64,000 bases of DNA from Bradymonadia bacterium (GTDB lineage: Bacteria; Myxococcota_A; Bradymonadia; UBA7976; UBA1532), in the NCBI GenBank assembly GCA_046290225.1, contig JBKAGE010000046.1, positions 28,505 to 92,504 of the forward strand, written 5' to 3'. Positions 9,642 through 18,408 of this stretch are shown piece by piece (position 1 is the stretch's first letter; every line of letters starts with the position of its first letter). The position numbers and the translations under genes were made by a program. The notes beneath the pieces were generated by a model. That model made no database searches. It was not told the origin of the DNA and worked only from the letters and a program-made list of their open reading frames with translations.

Positions 9642-10261
9642 TAGAGCCAGGTCTGGGGGACAAAGATGATGTCGCCGGGTTTGAGCTCGATGTTTTGAGC
9701 TTGACCCTTCCCGATCTTCTCGACGGGGACCACGAACTTCTTCTCGCGCTCACCTCGGCGTCGGGTCACCACCGTCTTGTCTTTATCGGCGAGGTTCTTG
9801 AAGCCACCCGCCAGGGTGATCGCCTGCACGATGGTCATGTCGTCCTCGAAGGGGAAGGTGCCCGGCTTGTTCACCTCACCGAGCACGAAGACCTTCTTCG
9901 AGTTGAACTCTTTGACGAAGACGCTCACCTGCGGATCGCGCAGATATTGAGTCGACAAGCGCTCGGTGATCACCTTCGCCAGCGATGAGGGGGTCTCACC
10001 ATCGGCCTTGACCTGTCCGATGAGCGGGAAGTCGAAGGTGCCGTCAGAGCCCACCCGGTAAGTGCCAGAGAGCTCCTTCTCCTGATATACGCGCACTTCG
10101 AAGACATCGCTGGGGCCCAGCGTCGCCGCCGGCAGCTCAGGCATGGGGGGCAACGTGGTGTCGCCCTTATCGGTGACCTGTTGCTCTGTGACCCCAGAGC
10201 CACCGCCACATGCAGTGAAGAGGAAGATCCCAGCGAGCGTGATGAGGTAGGCCTTGAGCAT
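9641..10261 (-). CDS. wza: Short periplasmic OPX/Wza polysaccharide export lipoprotein (Poly_export + one SLBB domain)
   Basis: Lipobox FTAC, LGPSDVFEVRVYQEKELSG..VGSDGTFDFPLIG, VFVLGEVNKPG, LKPGDIIFVP at the C-terminus. No OM-spanning helix. Confidence 0.92.
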   Translation of the reverse strand: MLKAYLITLAGIFLFTACGGGSGVTEQQVTDKGDTTLPPMPELPAATLGPSDVFEVRVYQEKELSGTYRVGSDGTFDFPLIGQVKADGETPSSLAKVITERLSTQYLRDPQVSVFVKEFNSKKVFVLGEVNKPGTFPFEDDMTIVQAITLAGGFKNLADKDKTVVTRRRGEREKKFVVPVEKIGKGQAQNIELKPGDIIFVPQTWL

Positions 10262-10271
10262 CGTGTGCCTC

Positions 10272-11615
10272 TCAGTACCGTGCCTCGACCTGCAACATGG
10301 TCAGCTGCCGAGTATATGCCGCCTGGTCCTGCTCGTTGACAGGGGCGTTGGTGGGTGAAACGAAGTCAGTGGCGTTGTCTTCGAAGGCCCAGACCACCTT
10401 CACCTGCATCCAGGACTGAAGGTTGTAGCCCAGCTCTGCCCGGGCTCGGAGGATCGGATCCTCGCGAGAGGGCACGTTGGCTCGACGACCAGAATCGCTG
10501 TAGTCGTAGATGTTGTAGCCCAGCTTCGTCTTGACGAAGACCTTCTGGAAGTACAGGTCCAGTGCCGTGTAGGCACCGCGCTGCACCACGTAGTTCGAGA
10601 AGTTGCTTCCGCTCACGTTCCACTCAGCGCCAGCGGTGAAGGCCAGGCTGGGCTGGAGCTTGTACTGGAACTCCGCGAGACCCACAAAGCCGCTGTAGGA
10701 CGCCCCTTCGTCATTGAAGGTGTTGGCGTACCCTGCCCGCAGGTTGGTGGAGATCCGTCGGGAGATCAGACCCTGCAAGCCCAGCTGCACCGTCAGAGGC
10801 TTACCGTCGCGTGTGGGATCCGCCACCGAGTTTCCAGCCTCGTCGGTGCCCGAAAAGCTCTCGCCGTAGTCCGCAAAGGACCACTGCACGTCAAGGAGGG
10901 CCGTGGTCTTCGGGAACAGCTTCAGCCGCGTCAACAGCCGGGTCTTGTGCGTGGTCATCTGTGCTCGACCGGCGTTGATCGCCGAGGCGTCGAAGAACGA
11001 GATGGTGTGCAGGCGATAACCGAGGCTCATCGACAGCGCCCGGGCGAGCGGGTTGCTACCGGGCTGGAAGATGACGTCACCACCGATTTGGTTGTCGAGC
11101 TTCTCGAAGCCGATGACGGTGACCTCGAGGGCAGGCGTGTCGCTGAAGCGCAGACGCTCCACCAGGCGGAAGGCCACACTGTTCTTGGGGAACAGGGTCA
11201 AGCGACCATCGATGGAGCCAGACTCCACCCCATTGCGGGCGTTGACTGCATCTTCTTGCTGAAGGCGCTGGGCCTGCGTCTCTGCATTGGGCTCGAAGCC
11301 CGTGTACTGACGGAGGTTGATGCCCAAACCCAACTGCAACTTCATCTTGTTGGCGTTGCGGTTCTCGGCCTCAAGTGAACCACCGAACTTGAAGACCGCG
11401 GCCCCGTCGGGGTTCTCGGTCTGTTGAGCGCCGGTGTCGTTCTCGTAGAAGATGTTGTCGTCCCAGCCGGCGGCGAAGAAGGCCCCGGGGTGCAGCACGA
11501 AGTTGCCTGCCTGGATGCCCCGCTGCGCTGACTGTGCCGAGGCCCACTGCGGGCTGGCAAGTGCTGCGAAGAGGAAAAGCCCCAAGGGGGTAAGCTGTCG
11601 TCTTGCCCTGGTCAT
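10272..11615 (-). CDS. Outer-membrane beta-barrel partner of OPX (EpsX/Wzp-like porin)
   Basis: Signal peptide, LHPG...GWDDNIF motif, alternating beta-strand pattern, C-terminal aromatic (EARY), position directly upstream of a short wza. Confidence 0.8.
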   Translation of the reverse strand: MTRARRQLTPLGLFLFAALASPQWASAQSAQRGIQAGNFVLHPGAFFAAGWDDNIFYENDTGAQQTENPDGAAVFKFGGSLEAENRNANKMKLQLGLGINLRQYTGFEPNAETQAQRLQQEDAVNARNGVESGSIDGRLTLFPKNSVAFRLVERLRFSDTPALEVTVIGFEKLDNQIGGDVIFQPGSNPLARALSMSLGYRLHTISFFDASAINAGRAQMTTHKTRLLTRLKLFPKTTALLDVQWSFADYGESFSGTDEAGNSVADPTRDGKPLTVQLGLQGLISRRISTNLRAGYANTFNDEGASYSGFVGLAEFQYKLQPSLAFTAGAEWNVSGSNFSNYVVQRGAYTALDLYFQKVFVKTKLGYNIYDYSDSGRRANVPSREDPILRARAELGYNLQSWMQVKVVWAFEDNATDFVSPTNAPVNEQDQAAYTRQLTMLQVEARY

Positions 11616-11664
11616 CCGTGACCTCGTGTGCCGGCGTCGGCAACGTCGTGTTCAGTGCTCAGCG

Positions 11665-12255
11665 TCACTCGTCGGGGCTGACCACGGTGGGCCGATCGAG
11701 CTCGATGGGCGGCAGCGTCAGAGCCGCCTGCTCATCAGGCTGATCGGTACGGATCGCCTCGTCGATGATCCGCTCGACCTGTGTGTCGCCGGTGTACTGA
11801 CTCGAAGCCCCCACACAGCCGGAGATCTCCACGCGGAAGTTCTCTGCGCGGACGGCGGCGATGGAGATCTTGGTGAACTCGTGATCGATCAGCTCCTGGT
11901 CGCCTCGAGCGATGGCTTCACGCATCGAGACGTCAGCCTGCTCGGCGATCTTGAGCAGCCCCTTGATCGCGGAGAGCTTGTCCGAGATGCAGTTGAGCTG
12001 AACGAAGTCTTTCTTCTCGCTGGCGGACTCTCGACTGTTGAAGGCGAGGTCGAGGACCCCCTTCATCTTTTCGATGTCGCCCACCGCGGACTGCATCTTT
12101 TGATCGTTCGACAGGCGGCTGGCCCGTTCGAAGCTGCGCTCGATCTGGGGCCCCTGAGCCAGGGTGGTGCTGGCCCCAGCCAACAGCGCAACGATAGTGA
12201 TCAACCCACGGGCCGACCACCGCTTCATTGCTCGCTGGGGATTGTTCTGGCGCAT
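11665..12255 (-). CDS. Secreted helical protein with two Cys, hypothetical
   Basis: Signal peptide ending TTLA-Q, LNCISDKL and GCVG, strong high-GC codon bias, GGAG RBS. Confidence 0.75.
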   Translation of the reverse strand: MRQNNPQRAMKRWSARGLITIVALLAGASTTLAQGPQIERSFERASRLSNDQKMQSAVGDIEKMKGVLDLAFNSRESASEKKDFVQLNCISDKLSAIKGLLKIAEQADVSMREAIARGDQELIDHEFTKISIAAVRAENFRVEISGCVGASSQYTGDTQVERIIDEAIRTDQPDEQAALTLPPIELDRPTVVSPDE

Positions 12256-12607
12256 GACCTGGACTCCTTGTGAGCTCTACTGCATGCATTGAGACCCCAG
12301 ACCAGGGCCCCGTGGCTCAAATTCGACCAATCTTTCTAGCAGAAATTTCTGCCTGCAGATCGTCGAGCTTGCCGAGCACACGAGGGCCTACATGATTCCA
12401 GGGTGTAATCAGTAAAGACCCACTGAGCTTTTCGGCGTTTCAGCTGCGGGACCTTAGTACAGGTCGCAGGTAAATCGCCACTTTGAACGCACTTGCACCA
12501 CGAAGTCTTCATCGTGCTCCTCGGTGGGCTCAAAACACTCAATGTTAAGGAAAATATCGAAGGAGAGCGGCAGGCGGAGGGGCGTCGAGCGTGTGAGGCG
12601 GGCTCAC

Positions 12608-14023
12608 TTACCCTTGAGGCGAGAACACGAAGGGGAAGGCGAAGTTGATGGAGCCACCGTCGGGCCGCGGGAAGCGCATGCGCTTGAAGCGACCCATGAG
12701 GCACTTGCCCAGCTCGGGGCTGCCGGTGGAGTTGCTCTTCACCTTGGCGCTGCCGACGCGACCGCTCTCGAGAATCTCGAACTGCACGACCACCTTGCCG
12801 GCGAGCTTGTTGTTCTTCTTGAGCTGCTGCTCGTAGCAGCTCTTGAGCGCACCCGAGCGACGCTTGATGACCTTGGCCACCTTGCCGGCGTCGAGAGAGC
12901 CCAGACCGAACTCGGAGTCAGCCTTCGCTGCCACCTTGATGCGGCCAGAGACCTTCTTCTCGGCCTTCCTCGAGGTGGGCCCCTTGGCCACCTTGCGACC
13001 ACCGAGGAGCTCGCTGTTGCTCACAGAGGCGGCCTCACCAGCACCGGCTTTGCCGATGCGGCTTCGGGTGTCACGGCCAGCACCAGGTGCTTTGGCCATG
13101 GCCACACCCGTGGCACCGTCGAAGGCATCTTTCAACGCCACGTTGGTGGCGCCGTCGGTGAGGCTGTCGACGATGGAGCCTGGGCCGTCACCGCCCATGG
13201 TGCCGAGCTGGCTGAGCACGGTCTTGCTGCGCACGTTCTTGCGCATGGCCTGGAACTTCTTCTCTTCGGCCCGGGCCTGCTTCTCGACCTCTTTCTCGGG
13301 CTTGGGGTCTTTCTTCGCCACCTTGGGCTTCTCGACCTTGCGCTTCACCTTCGGCACAGGCTTCTTCTCGACCACCTTCTCCTCAGGCTCTTCCTTTTGA
13401 GGCTTCTCGGGCTCCTCAATGGGCTTCACCTCGGGCTTCTTGATGTCGAGCACCTCGACGAAGCGATCAGGCAGCGCATCGATGCCCTTGGGGGCCTCAG
13501 GGTAGTCCTGGTTCACCATGAAGAGCACGGAGAACACCTGGACCACCATGCTGGCCATGAGGGTGGTCACGAAGGGCCAGTCGAGGCTCTTCATCATGCC
13601 ACCGCGGACCGAGGCCGGCAGCTGCAGCCGCGAGGGCGGCGGCGGTGGGGTCACAAACTGGAAGAGCAGAGTGACCTCGCCGATGACGATCTTGCCTCGG
13701 CTGCGCTCTGACAGCTTCAAGCTGTAGTGCTCACCTCGCTTGGTGGCGAGGTTGCGGCCCTTCAGTGCATCAAAATCGAGGACTGCGTCGTCGACTGAGA
13801 CGCGCCCCTCCATCTCACCCTTGAAGTTGAGGTGGTAGACACCCCCCTTCAACTCGAAGAGCGAGTAACTCCGAGGCAGGGAGCCCACAGGCAACACAAA
13901 GGTGTTCTTGGGGCCCTGGCCAATGGTTACGCCTTCGCGCTTCCGAACCAGTCGCTCCTCGATCACCTTCGCGTTCTGGATGATTCCGATGCGAAGGATT
14001 TTGCGTTCGTTGTTGGACGCCAT
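12608..14023 (-). CDS. GltG/PglI-like TonB-type energy transducer (FHA-like N-terminus, TM, Pro/Lys/Glu linker, AgmX/PglI C-terminal TonB-C-like domain)
   Basis: N-terminal beta-rich VTIGQGPKNTF, single TM, KPEVKPIEEPEKP linker, C-terminal ALKSCYEQQLKKNNKLAGKVVVQFEI..G.V..CL..FPRP.GG..FAFPFVF. Confidence 0.85.
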   Translation of the reverse strand: MASNNERKILRIGIIQNAKVIEERLVRKREGVTIGQGPKNTFVLPVGSLPRSYSLFELKGGVYHLNFKGEMEGRVSVDDAVLDFDALKGRNLATKRGEHYSLKLSERSRGKIVIGEVTLLFQFVTPPPPPSRLQLPASVRGGMMKSLDWPFVTTLMASMVVQVFSVLFMVNQDYPEAPKGIDALPDRFVEVLDIKKPEVKPIEEPEKPQKEEPEEKVVEKKPVPKVKRKVEKPKVAKKDPKPEKEVEKQARAEEKKFQAMRKNVRSKTVLSQLGTMGGDGPGSIVDSLTDGATNVALKDAFDGATGVAMAKAPGAGRDTRSRIGKAGAGEAASVSNSELLGGRKVAKGPTSRKAEKKVSGRIKVAAKADSEFGLGSLDAGKVAKVIKRRSGALKSCYEQQLKKNNKLAGKVVVQFEILESGRVGSAKVKSNSTGSPELGKCLMGRFKRMRFPRPDGGSINFAFPFVFSPQG

Positions 14024-14177
14024 CTCCAGAATCCTTTCGACTTCCCCGATCAGGCCACTTCAAGGTGTGCCTTCAACGCTTCAGGTTATCCATCGGAACG
14101 GGTTGTAGCCACCTAAAGAACTGCGGTCCAGATGACCCTACCCACCCCCAACGCTGTAACTTCAGCCCTGAGCACCT

Positions 14178-14243
14178 AAATAAAAAGCCGGCATCTCACG
14201 CCTTATTCTTCTTTTTTAAGAAGAACAGGTGGGTGATGCCGGC
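14178..14243 (-). terminator. Long hairpin with U-tract (intrinsic terminator or attenuator) between exbD-like and gltG-like genes
   Basis: GCCGGCATC..TTCTTCTT-TTTT-AAGAAGAA..GATGCCGGC stem, followed on the minus strand by TTTTTATTT. Confidence 0.65.
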
Positions 14244-14354
14244 CCTTGCCTTGCCCTGCGCTTCGACCCGAAACGCTGCGACCCGAATTGGTCACAAGCA
14301 AGGTGGAGTGTGCCTGAGTCGTTTTTAACCGCTCAGCTTTAACCTCGCAGCGCT

Positions 14355-14936
14355 CTAACCTCGCTGTGCCCCCTTGAGCACAGCGAACTTGAACTTGGCG
14401 AACTCTGCCTGACCTGCGGTGTACAACACCTCGGTCAGGAGCCGGTAAGGCACCTTCCGGTCGGCGATGACCGTCAGCAGACCCTGGAACTTGCCGCCGC
14501 GCAGGGTGGCGATCTGCTTCTGGTTCGTTGCTTCTTTGTTCAACGCTTCAAAAAGCGGTTCGATCCGAAGAGCGGTTTCATCACCGGCTTTGTAGACCTT
14601 GTCCACCATGCCGTCCTTGATGGAGACCACCTCTTTGTCGGAGACGATGATCGACTTGCCCGTGATGACCACAGCAGCACTCTGCTCCGGGTTGATGTCC
14701 GTGGTGGACGCCGGCAGCTGCAGGTCGGGGAAGTCGACCTTCAACGGATCGACGGAGTAGTTGATGAGCAGGAACACCAGGATGATGGTCATGGCGTCCA
14801 TCAACGAGTTGATGGTCAGCCCACCCTCTGCTGCGGGGAGGCGACGACCACGACGCTCCTGGCGCTTACGGGCCTGCTCGTTGGCCAGCCACTCCTGGAT
14901 GACTTCTTCTCGAGTCTTTGGCTTCTGATCAGACAT
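14355..14936 (-). CDS. ExbD/TolR family protein (AglS-like)
   Basis: TM LTINSLMDAMTIILVFLL with conserved Asp, LQLPAST, IADRKVPYRLLTEVLYTAGQAEF. Confidence 0.88.
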   Translation of the reverse strand: MSDQKPKTREEVIQEWLANEQARKRQERRGRRLPAAEGGLTINSLMDAMTIILVFLLINYSVDPLKVDFPDLQLPASTTDINPEQSAAVVITGKSIIVSDKEVVSIKDGMVDKVYKAGDETALRIEPLFEALNKEATNQKQIATLRGGKFQGLLTVIADRKVPYRLLTEVLYTAGQAEFAKFKFAVLKGAQRG

Positions 14937-14998
14937 TGATCTCTCTTACTTTCACCAGGGGGCCTTACAGAAAGAAGGGCTGAAAAACCTGCCCTCGC

Positions 14999-15610
14999 TC
15001 ACTGCGCAACAGATAGGACCACGTCAGGCCACAAAAGTTCCTGCTGGCTGTCTTTTTGCTTCGGCTTTGCTGACTGGAACGCGGCGAGATCGTCGTAACG
15101 CTGCCCCTCGAGACGCAGTCGGAGCACGTCCATCGTCTTGATGACGAACTGGTACTCGGTCTTGGCGTCTGCGGTGAGCGTGACGATGTTCTCGTTGGGG
15201 TGCATATCCTTGATGGCCACCATCTTGTTGTAGAGCTCGACGAAATTGTAGTTCCCGTTCGAGTCCTTGGGGATGGTGGGGCCTTGCTGCTCTGTAGGCT
15301 CAGGCGGCGGGGCCGTGGGATCGAAGTTCTCGGGGCCGGTGATCCCAGGGATCACCACTGAGGCGCTCAGACGGAAGCCGTCTTCTGCGAGTGCCACGGT
15401 GAGGTTGAGCGGCTTCTCGTCGCTCTCCACCGCCTCGGACTTGCCCATACCAAACTTGGGGGTGTTGACGTTCACCACACCGAGCTGAACGAAGGAGGCC
15501 CCGAACAACACCATCGGGATGAGGCACACCACCAGGTTCATGATGGGCACCAAGTTCAGATCTTCGATCTCGGTGTCGACTTTCTTTTTGGCTGACGGAC
15601 GTCGGGCCAT
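14999..15610 (-). CDS. ExbD/TolR family protein (AglQ-like), Asn at the channel Asp position
   Basis: DLNLVPIMNLVVCLIPMVL TM, LTADAKTEYQFVIKTMDVLR, LWPDVVL. Confidence 0.85.
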   Translation of the reverse strand: MARRPSAKKKVDTEIEDLNLVPIMNLVVCLIPMVLFGASFVQLGVVNVNTPKFGMGKSEAVESDEKPLNLTVALAEDGFRLSASVVIPGITGPENFDPTAPPPEPTEQQGPTIPKDSNGNYNFVELYNKMVAIKDMHPNENIVTLTADAKTEYQFVIKTMDVLRLRLEGQRYDDLAAFQSAKPKQKDSQQELLWPDVVLSVAQ

Positions 15611-15745
15611 GGTCAGGTGCTCCTCAGAGGATGCAGGTCCGTGATTTGGGGTGTGATGCGGGGACGATGACTCTCAGGCACGAGGCCCAAACGTCACAAG
15701 GGGCGCCCCGCCTCAGGCCACCCCTCTCTCAGACAGTGAGATTGC

Positions 15746-16399
15746 TCAGCGGTTCTCGCCGGCGCCGCCGTGGAGCCGGGAGATGAGCAGGTTCTCGAGC
15801 TTGACCGAGTACTGGTCGATCTCGTCGATGATCTTCTTGGTCACCGAAGCGAGGAAGACCTGAGCGGCCAGACAGGGGATGGCCACGATGAGGCCGAAGG
15901 CGGTGGTGTTCATGGCCACGGAGATACCGTTGGCCAGGAGACGCTGACGATCCTCGGGGGGAATGCCTTCCTTCGCGAGGGCGTCGAATGCGCCGATCAG
16001 ACCGATAATCGTACCGAGCAGACCGAGCAGGGTGGCGATGTTCGCGATCTGCTGGAGCACCGTGGTGCGCTTGGTGACGATGGGCACGATCTCCAGGGTG
16101 GCCTCTTCAACGGCGTTCTGGATCTCTTCGGGGCCCTTGTTGGCCCGAGTGAGGCCGGCCTTGATCACCTTGGGCAACGCAGCGGAAGGCGCGGCGTTGC
16201 ACAGTTTGATGGCGCGGTCAATGTTGTTCGCCATCACGAGCTTCTGGATCTGAGCCATGAAGGCGCCGGCGTTGATGTTGTACTTGAAGTACAAAAAGAT
16301 GAACCGCTCGATCATCACGCCGAGAGCGATGATGCTCATGAAAAGGATGGGGTGCATCCAGCCCCCACCCTTCTGGTAGAAATCCGCGACAACCTGCAT
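15746..16399 (-). CDS. MotA/TolQ/ExbB proton channel (AglR-like)
   Basis: GGGWMHPI, ANIATLLGLLGTIIGLIGAF, LLANGISVAMNTTAFGLIVAIP. GGAGG RBS. Confidence 0.93.
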   Translation of the reverse strand: MQVVADFYQKGGGWMHPILFMSIIALGVMIERFIFLYFKYNINAGAFMAQIQKLVMANNIDRAIKLCNAAPSAALPKVIKAGLTRANKGPEEIQNAVEEATLEIVPIVTKRTTVLQQIANIATLLGLLGTIIGLIGAFDALAKEGIPPEDRQRLLANGISVAMNTTAFGLIVAIPCLAAQVFLASVTKKIIDEIDQYSVKLENLLISRLHGGAGENR

Positions 16400-16670
16400 T
16401 CGACGCTTCCTCCGGTCGGATGAAGAGGCTGTTCTGGGACCTGGCAAAAGCGAATTCTAGTAGAAGCCAGGCTGGGCAGATGTCAGTGCCCTTTGGTCAA
16501 ACCCAGAGTCTCTCAACCCCTCGATAACTCAGTGATAATCTTTAAGTTTTTACGTGCATCTTGCGATACCCGCCACCTAATACCACTCTCTAGAAACGGT
16601 GGTCCACAATTTTCTGAAGCAGGGAAGGATTTTGCCCCGGATCGGTGGATTCAGGTGGGGGTAAATGTAG

Positions 16671-16916
16671 TCAGAAGGGATCTTTTTCCACACTCTTGAG
16701 GATCAAAGGCAGGAAGCTCTTCTTTGGCTCCAAGTCTTTGAACTCCAACTCTCTACGCTGCAAGATATAGAACGCTTCGGGCTTTTGGATGATGCCTTCC
16801 ACGACCATCTCGTCGAGGGTCACCACCGGCGCCGGACTCCGACGACGATTCTGTGCCTCGGCAGAAGAAACGCTCAACAGCGTGCCTGCACACACCACAT
16901 ACATCCATGTACGCAT
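16671..16916 (-). CDS. Small secreted GltF/CglF-like protein
   Basis: Signal peptide, then VEGIIQKPEAFYILQR..F..SF..I.KSVEKDPF. Lies right after the GltE-like gene. Confidence 0.7.
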   Translation of the reverse strand: MRTWMYVVCAGTLLSVSSAEAQNRRRSPAPVVTLDEMVVEGIIQKPEAFYILQRRELEFKDLEPKKSFLPLILKSVEKDPF

Positions 16917-16929
16917 GATTCAGACTCCT

Positions 16930-18408
16930 TCAGCCTTCGCCATCGGCCCCATCGGAGGGCTCTGAGGGCGCATCTTCGGTGGGGGCCTCTCCCCCACCCT
17001 CCGCAGGCTCACCACCAGCATCTTCTGCTGATTCGGCACCACCCTCGGCCCCTGCCTCTCCTGACGACTCTACAGAGGGCGACTCTTCAGAGGGCGGCTC
17101 TTCAGGAGGCGGCTCGGGGGTCTTGGGCTGGTTGCGTTGAGCCTCTTTACGCTTTTGCTCCACCACGATGCGCTTGCGCGCCTCTTTGATGTAGCCCTCT
17201 ACCCGAGTCCGCATGTCGCCGTCAGCCCTGGGCATGTACTGTTCCAGGTAGCGTACGGACTGGTTGAGCCGCATCTCCGGATCCATGTCGGGGACCGCAG
17301 CATCGAGGTAGAAGATGCCCAGATTGTAGAGCACCTTGGGCTCCGCTGGGGCAAGGGACTCGGCTTTTTTAAGCGCCTGGAGGGCCTCGGTGAACTTCTG
17401 CTGGCCCTTGAGGGCGTTGCCGAGGTTCACGTGGGCCGGCAACATGTCGGGCCACCGCGCGATGGCCTTGCGGAACTGCTCTTCAGCCCCAGGAAAGTCG
17501 CCTGCCTTGGCGTAGATGAGGCCCAAGTTGTTGTGGGCCTCGGGGCCAGCGCCGCCTTCTTGCTGGACTGCCCGCTCCAGGGCGAGCTGGGTGTTGATGT
17601 CCTCGCCCATCGTCTGGTGGGAGAGCGACATACGGTAGTCGATGTCGGGATCATCCCCACGCAGGGCCTTGGCGTTCTTCAAGATGGCCACGGCGAGCTC
17701 GTGCTTGCCCTGCTTGGCATAGGCGCCGGCGAGGATCTTCATCGCGTCGACGTTGCGCTCGTCTCGCCGCAACACCTGCTTGCACGAGGTGATGACCGTC
17801 TCGGGGTTCCCGAGCTCGAGACGCACATGGTTCACGGCGTTGGCGAGGCCGTTGCTTTCGGGATCACGAGCGGCGGCGGCTTCGGCATAGCGCAGGGCCC
17901 CCGAAGAGTCACCCTGACGCATCATCAGGTTGGCGATGCCGATGACCGCAGGACCAAAATCGGGCCGCACCTGCAAGGTGGCCTCGTATGCGCGACGTGC
18001 CCCCCCGTAGTCGCCCTGCCACTCTTTGAGCACGGCGAGGTTGTAGAGGGGCTCCGCAAAGCCCGGATCGGACTGGGCGGCCTCTTCGAATCGGGCCCGG
18101 GCGCTGTTGAGATCGCCACTCGCAGCAGATCGCTTGCCCTCTTCGAGCATGGCGAGAGCGACGTCGCGCACCTTGGGGGCTTCGTCGACCTTCTGCTCGG
18201 GGATCTCGGTGGCGCCTGCGGCCTCTGGAGGCTTCTCCGCAGGCGTCGTCGCGGGCTTCTCTGCGGTCTTGGGCGCTTCGGCCTTCGTCGCTTCGGGATC
18301 AGCAGTGCTGGTCTTGGTCTGCTGCCCACCACATGCGCTCAGGGCGCCGAGAAGCAAGATACCGCTGGCGAAGCGGACCACGTGAGAGGTGTGCGTGTCG
18401 TTGCTCAC
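16930..18408 (-). CDS. TPR lipoprotein (GltE/AglT-like)
   Basis: Lipobox LSAC, multiple TPRs (YNLAVL, HNNLGLIY, HVNLGNAL, YNLGIFY), acidic tail. Confidence 0.85.
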   Translation of the reverse strand: MSNDTHTSHVVRFASGILLLGALSACGGQQTKTSTADPEATKAEAPKTAEKPATTPAEKPPEAAGATEIPEQKVDEAPKVRDVALAMLEEGKRSAASGDLNSARARFEEAAQSDPGFAEPLYNLAVLKEWQGDYGGARRAYEATLQVRPDFGPAVIGIANLMMRQGDSSGALRYAEAAAARDPESNGLANAVNHVRLELGNPETVITSCKQVLRRDERNVDAMKILAGAYAKQGKHELAVAILKNAKALRGDDPDIDYRMSLSHQTMGEDINTQLALERAVQQEGGAGPEAHNNLGLIYAKAGDFPGAEEQFRKAIARWPDMLPAHVNLGNALKGQQKFTEALQALKKAESLAPAEPKVLYNLGIFYLDAAVPDMDPEMRLNQSVRYLEQYMPRADGDMRTRVEGYIKEARKRIVVEQKRKEAQRNQPKTPEPPPEEPPSEESPSVESSGEAGAEGGAESAEDAGGEPAEGGGEAPTEDAPSEPSDGADGEG

